Source: Steroidobacteraceae bacterium
GTDB lineage: Bacteria > Pseudomonadota > Gammaproteobacteria > Steroidobacterales > Steroidobacteraceae
DNA length: 64,000 nucleotides
Reading direction: 5' to 3'
NCBI GenBank assembly: GCA_035277965.1
Contig: DATEJM010000004.1
Span: 22,868 to 86,867, forward strand
A program made the position numbers and the translations under genes. The notes beneath the pieces are model-generated. The model was not told where the DNA came from. It saw nothing but the letters and a program-made list of their open reading frames with translations, and did no database searches. Positions 60,170-64,000 of the stretch are shown in pieces. The first letter of the stretch is position 1. Each line of letters starts with the position of its first letter.

Positions 60170-61249
60170 ATGCCGCAGCGCGCCCTGAGCCGTGCGATTC
60201 GAATCGGTTTGGCGTGGATCCTCGGCTGGTTGCTGGGCGGCCTGGTCACGCCTGCGGGACGGGCAGCTGAAGCGGCTACCGGACACGCAGCTGCGCCAGC
60301 GACCGTCATTCGAGGCGCCGGCGCAACCTTTCCGGCTCCCCTGTATGTGGCCTGGGCCGCGGCATATCACGATACGGGTGGGGCTCGAGTCGAATATGAC
60401 GCCGTCGGCTCCGGCAGAGGCATCGACGAAATCAAGCAGCGCGCGGTCGATTTCGGCGCTTCGGACGCGCCCCTCACGCCCGAGGACGCAGCCGCGGCTG
60501 GCCTCCTGCAATTTCCCGCGGTCATCGGCGGAGTCGCGCCGGTCATCAACATCACCGGCATCAAGCCGGGAGAGCTCGTCCTCGACGGTGGTGTGCTGGC
60601 CGATATCTACCTGGGCCGCATACGCAAGTGGAACGACCCATCGATCGCGCGACTCAATCCGACTGTCGCGCTGCCGAATACCCACATCACCGTCGTGCAC
60701 CGCGGCGACGCCTCGGGCAGCTCGCTCCTTTGGACCGACTATCTGTCACGATCGAGCCCCGAGTGGCGGCAGACCGTGGGTACCAGCCTCGAGCCTCACT
60801 GGCCGGTTGGAGTCGCCGGAACAGGCAACGAGGGCGTCGCCTCGTACGTGCAACGGACGAGGTTCGCGATCGGATACGTCGAGTATGCGTTCGCGCGTGC
60901 ACACCATTTGAGCGACATCGCGCTGCGCAATCATGAAGGCCGTATCGTGCGGGCCGGACACGAGAGTTTTGCAGCGGCGGCGGACATGGCCAGTTGGGAT
61001 GACCTGGCGCACATCCGGCAGATGCCGACGGACCTGTCGGGCGCTCGGAGCTGGCCGATCACCGGAGCGAGTTTCATTCTCGTGCCGGAGCACGATCCGC
61101 GCAGTGCGGCCGTCGTGGCGTTCTTCGGCTGGGCGTTGCATTCCGGCGGAGCGATCCTGCGTCGCCTCGCCTACACGCCGCTGCCTCGCAGCGCCGTCGA
61201 GCAGTTGCCAGGGCTGTGGGCCAAGCTACCGCGCGCGGCGCCCCGATAG
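60170..61249 (+). CDS. pstS: Phosphate ABC transporter substrate-binding protein PstS (orphan)
   Basis: GAGATFPAPLYVAWAAAY...YDAVGSGRGI...DFGASDAPL...HRGDASGSS. Start set at MPQRALS (60170). No pstCAB genes are adjacent. Confidence 0.8.
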   Translation: MPQRALSRAIRIGLAWILGWLLGGLVTPAGRAAEAATGHAAAPATVIRGAGATFPAPLYVAWAAAYHDTGGARVEYDAVGSGRGIDEIKQRAVDFGASDAPLTPEDAAAAGLLQFPAVIGGVAPVINITGIKPGELVLDGGVLADIYLGRIRKWNDPSIARLNPTVALPNTHITVVHRGDASGSSLLWTDYLSRSSPEWRQTVGTSLEPHWPVGVAGTGNEGVASYVQRTRFAIGYVEYAFARAHHLSDIALRNHEGRIVRAGHESFAAAADMASWDDLAHIRQMPTDLSGARSWPITGASFILVPEHDPRSAAVVAFFGWALHSGGAILRRLAYTPLPRSAVEQLPGLWAKLPRAAPR

Positions 61250-61720
61250 CCCGAGCTTCAGCACCGCGGCGTCCTCCCGACCTCCGACGGACTGATAGTA
61301 GCCACGCCGCATTCCCACCTGCTCGAAGCCCATGGACAGATACAGGCGGATGGCGGTTGTATTCGACGGGCGTACTTCGAGAAACGCCTCGCTCATGCCT
61401 GCGGCAGTTCCGCGCTCGAGGAGATAGCGCAGCAAGCGGCGACCGATTCCCTGACAGCGGCTCGCCTCGCGTACGCACAGATTCAGGATATGGGCCTCGC
61501 CCGCGCCGATGCTCATGACGCCGTACGCCGCCACTTGCTTGTCAACGGTAACAACCCGGCAGACATAGCCTACACGGAGGCAGTCGCGAAAGATTCCCTC
61601 GCTCCAGGGAAACTGGTAGGACACGTGCTCGACAGCGACCACGTCCGCCACATCAGCCTCGGTCATCGGGCGGATGAGCACGTCCGGGATAGCGTCCAGC
61701 GGCTCAGGGGCCGTTGCCAT
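61226..61720 (-). CDS. rimI: Ribosomal-protein-alanine N-acetyltransferase
   Basis: 164 aa GNAT. Reads IRPMTEADV..V..VE...FPWSEGIF.DCL...RCQGIGRRLL. Confidence 0.75.
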   Translation of the reverse strand: MATAPEPLDAIPDVLIRPMTEADVADVVAVEHVSYQFPWSEGIFRDCLRVGYVCRVVTVDKQVAAYGVMSIGAGEAHILNLCVREASRCQGIGRRLLRYLLERGTAAGMSEAFLEVRPSNTTAIRLYLSMGFEQVGMRRGYYQSVGGREDAAVLKLGLSGRRAR

Positions 61721-61743
61721 CTTGTGCGTCTACGTGCGTGGAG

Positions 61744-62520
61744 TCAGTGAGTGGAGCTCAGTTGCCGGAACAGATTGCGAGCGAACTTCAGGTCCTCCCA
61801 CGCCTTGCGCTTGTCCGCGGGAGTGCGCAGGAGGTACGCCGGATGATACGTCACTATCAGCGGCGTATTCAGCTCACCGAAGTGGTGCACCTTGCCGCGC
61901 AGCCGGGCAAGCGACAGATCCGTGGCCAGGAGGTTTTGGGCCGCGATGCGTCCCACCGCCAGCATCAGCTTCGGGCGCAACAATCGGATCTGCCGCATCA
62001 GGAACGGCAGGCAGGCGGCGACCTCCTCCGGCTTCGGGTCGCGGTTGCCTGGCGGCCGGCTCTTCAACACGTTCGCGATGTACACATTGCTCGACCGACT
62101 GAGGCCGATGGCCCGCAGCATGGCGTCGAGAAGCTGACCCGCGCGACCTACAAACGGCTCGCCCCTCCGGTCCTCCTCGGCGCCAGGCGCCTCACCGATG
62201 ATCAGCCAGTCGGCCTGGCGGTTGCCCACCCCGAAGACCCCCTGGGTGCGGCTCGTATGCAGGCTGCATCGCTTGCAGCTCATGACCTCGGCTCGGAGGG
62301 TTTCCCAGAGCGCTTCCGCCTCCTGAAGCATCGGCGACTGTGGGTCTGAAGACTGCGCCGTAACCAGATCGACGGCGCCGGGCGCTGAGACGACCGTCGC
62401 CTCCTGGGCGGGCGCAATGACCTCGATCTGCGTAGCGACGGTCGGGGTCGGCGCGGTTCGCCGCACCCACGCCTCGATGCCGAGAGCCTCGAGATACAAG
62501 TGGCGTCGGCGAGTGTCCAT
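61744..62520 (-). CDS. Uracil-DNA glycosylase, family 4
   Basis: [19 protein letters not shown]...[26 protein letters not shown]...HPAYLLR. Start trimmed to MDTRRRH (62520), overlapping the pssA stop by 1 nt. Confidence 0.8.
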   Translation of the reverse strand: MDTRRRHLYLEALGIEAWVRRTAPTPTVATQIEVIAPAQEATVVSAPGAVDLVTAQSSDPQSPMLQEAEALWETLRAEVMSCKRCSLHTSRTQGVFGVGNRQADWLIIGEAPGAEEDRRGEPFVGRAGQLLDAMLRAIGLSRSSNVYIANVLKSRPPGNRDPKPEEVAACLPFLMRQIRLLRPKLMLAVGRIAAQNLLATDLSLARLRGKVHHFGELNTPLIVTYHPAYLLRTPADKRKAWEDLKFARNLFRQLSSTH

Positions 62521-63320
62521 CAGCTTGGACTCGTCCCCGGACTGCCGCGGAACAACCGCCGCAACCGGCGACCGCACCACAGGATCGGAGCCGACAAAGC
62601 GTAGGTCCCGAAGATGGACAACAGCATCGTCGGCGGCTCGCTGGCGATCAGCGCGAAGAACAAGGGGACGAGCAGGATGTAGGCGAACTTGATGCGCCGA
62701 TCCAGGTTGAACTGCTTGAAGCTCGGATAGCTGAAACGGCTGACCATCGCGCCCCCGGCGCTCGCTGTGAGCACGAACGCGAGAATCAACCCGACGAGCC
62801 CCGGCTCGCGCCACTCGCTCGAGAACCAGATGAAGGCCGCGACGATCGCCGCGGCGGACGGGCTGGGCAAACCCTCGAAGTAGCGCTTGTCCGCCGCGCC
62901 GCGCGTGTTGAAGCGCGCAAGGCGCATCGCGGCGGCCGCCGTGTAAAAGAAGCACGCCAGCCAACCGAAGCGGCCCCAGTAGTGGCCGAACTCGGCGATG
63001 CGCACGACGCCCCATTGGTACGCGACAATTCCCGGCGCGAGGCCGAATGCGACCATGTCTGCCAGGCTGTCGTACTCCTTGCCGAAGGCGCTCTCCGTCC
63101 GGGTGAGACGCGCGATGCGACCGTCGAGCGTGTCGAAAATCATCGCCACGAAGACCGCTTTGCCCGCCGGCTCGAAGTTCTTGTCGATGGCGGCGACGAT
63201 CGCGTAGAAGCCCGAGAAGAGGCAGCCTGTCGTCAGCAGGTTAGGCAGCAGATAGATGCCCTTGCGGCGCGGCTTCACTTCATCGTCGACATCGGCGTCC
63301 GTATCCATCAGCAGCTTCAC
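62520..63320 (-). CDS. pssA: CDP-diacylglycerol--serine O-phosphatidyltransferase
   Basis: 266 aa. The CDP-alcohol phosphatidyltransferase motif is DTLDGRIARL...GKEYDSLADMV. Confidence 0.85.
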   Translation of the reverse strand: MKLLMDTDADVDDEVKPRRKGIYLLPNLLTTGCLFSGFYAIVAAIDKNFEPAGKAVFVAMIFDTLDGRIARLTRTESAFGKEYDSLADMVAFGLAPGIVAYQWGVVRIAEFGHYWGRFGWLACFFYTAAAAMRLARFNTRGAADKRYFEGLPSPSAAAIVAAFIWFSSEWREPGLVGLILAFVLTASAGGAMVSRFSYPSFKQFNLDRRIKFAYILLVPLFFALIASEPPTMLLSIFGTYALSAPILWCGRRLRRLFRGSPGTSPS

Positions 63321-63408
63321 AGCCCCAAAAGCGGCGCGGTAAGGGCTGCCATCTTATCAGCCTGCTAAGATCGCCACCTCCGATGAGCTCGAGGCTGGCA
63401 CACCCGCG

Positions 63409-64000
63409 ATGAGGCTTTCACGCTACCCGATCAATACCCTGAAGGAGACTCCCGCCGAGGCCGAGATCGTGAGTCATCAGCTCATGCTCAGGGCCGGCCT
63501 CATCCGCCGCCTGGCCGCCGGTCTGTACAGCTGGCTGCCCCTGGGGCTGCGGACGCTGCGCAAGGTCGAGCGGATCGTCCGCGAGGAGATGGATCGCGCC
63601 GGGGCCCTCGAGCTGGTGATGCCGGTGATACAGCCGGCCGAGCTGTGGCAGGAATCGGGCAGATGGAAGGAGTACGGGCCGGAGTTGCTGCGGCTGAAGG
63701 ACCGGCATCAACGCGACTTCTGCGCGGGGCCGACACACGAGGAGGTGATCACGGATATCGCCCGGCGGGAGCTCAAGAGCTATCGCCAGCTCCCCGTCAA
63801 CTTCTATCAGATCCAGACGAAGTTCCGCGATGAGATCCGGCCGCGCTTCGGTGTGATGCGCGCACGAGAGTTCATCATGAAGGACGCCTATTCGTTCCAC
63901 GCCGATGAGGGCTCTCTACAGGAGGGCTACAGGGCGATGTACGACACCTACACGCGCATCTTCACGCGCACTGGACTGCAGTTCCGGGCAGTCAGAGCCG
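63409..64000 (+). CDS. proS: Proline--tRNA ligase, N-terminal part (continues beyond the window end)
   Basis: ATG 63409 gives [46 protein letters not shown]...[25 protein letters not shown]. The frame is open to the window edge, so it is absent from the ORF track. Confidence 0.9.
   Translation, partial: MRLSRYPINTLKETPAEAEIVSHQLMLRAGLIRRLAAGLYSWLPLGLRTLRKVERIVREEMDRAGALELVMPVIQPAELWQESGRWKEYGPELLRLKDRHQRDFCAGPTHEEVITDIARRELKSYRQLPVNFYQIQTKFRDEIRPRFGVMRAREFIMKDAYSFHADEGSLQEGYRAMYDTYTRIFTRTGLQFRAVRA

Overview
This is a GC-rich, densely coding window with a gammaproteobacterial-type backbone. I found no rRNA, CRISPR array, transposase or integrase. Most of it is conserved housekeeping synteny: mutL-amiB-tsaE-nnr/queG, pcnB-folK-dNK-panB-panC, one tRNA-Glu(CUC), lptG-lptF/pepA-holC-valS, prfC, pssA-udg-rimI and proS. 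There is a C1/methyl-cycle theme. A translationally coupled adenosine kinase-metK-[SAH riboswitch]-ahcY-folD operon sits next to an NAD-type formate dehydrogenase operon (fdsGBA-fdhD-fdsD), and a regulator-gfa-adhC formaldehyde module lies further along. The accessory content is what deserves a second look. (1) An ECF sigma / zinc anti-sigma / secreted S8 subtilase cassette behind a TorF-like porin; the anti-sigma periplasmic domain looks like a subtilase I9 propeptide. (2) A visibly more AT-rich islet between prfC and adhC carrying a 513-aa Fic protein with an AbiEi-like N-terminus, preceded by a consensus -35 promoter and four ACCTAGAR boxes phased exactly 24 bp apart. (3) A second ECF pair flanked by a Tat-exported metallophosphoesterase fused to an amicyanin-type cupredoxin, and by a tiny Myb/GcrA-like HTH gene with an ECF-type promoter. 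(4) A MoxR-DUF58-transglutaminase module start/stop-coupled to valS. (5) A GldA/F/G-like ABC-2 system plus DUF4340, preceded by an SD-led mini-ORF. (6) Five short, perfect or near-perfect tandem duplications, three of them in frame inside genes. All calls rest on reading the translations and the DNA by eye. Start codons were adjusted manually and no database search or GC computation was run.
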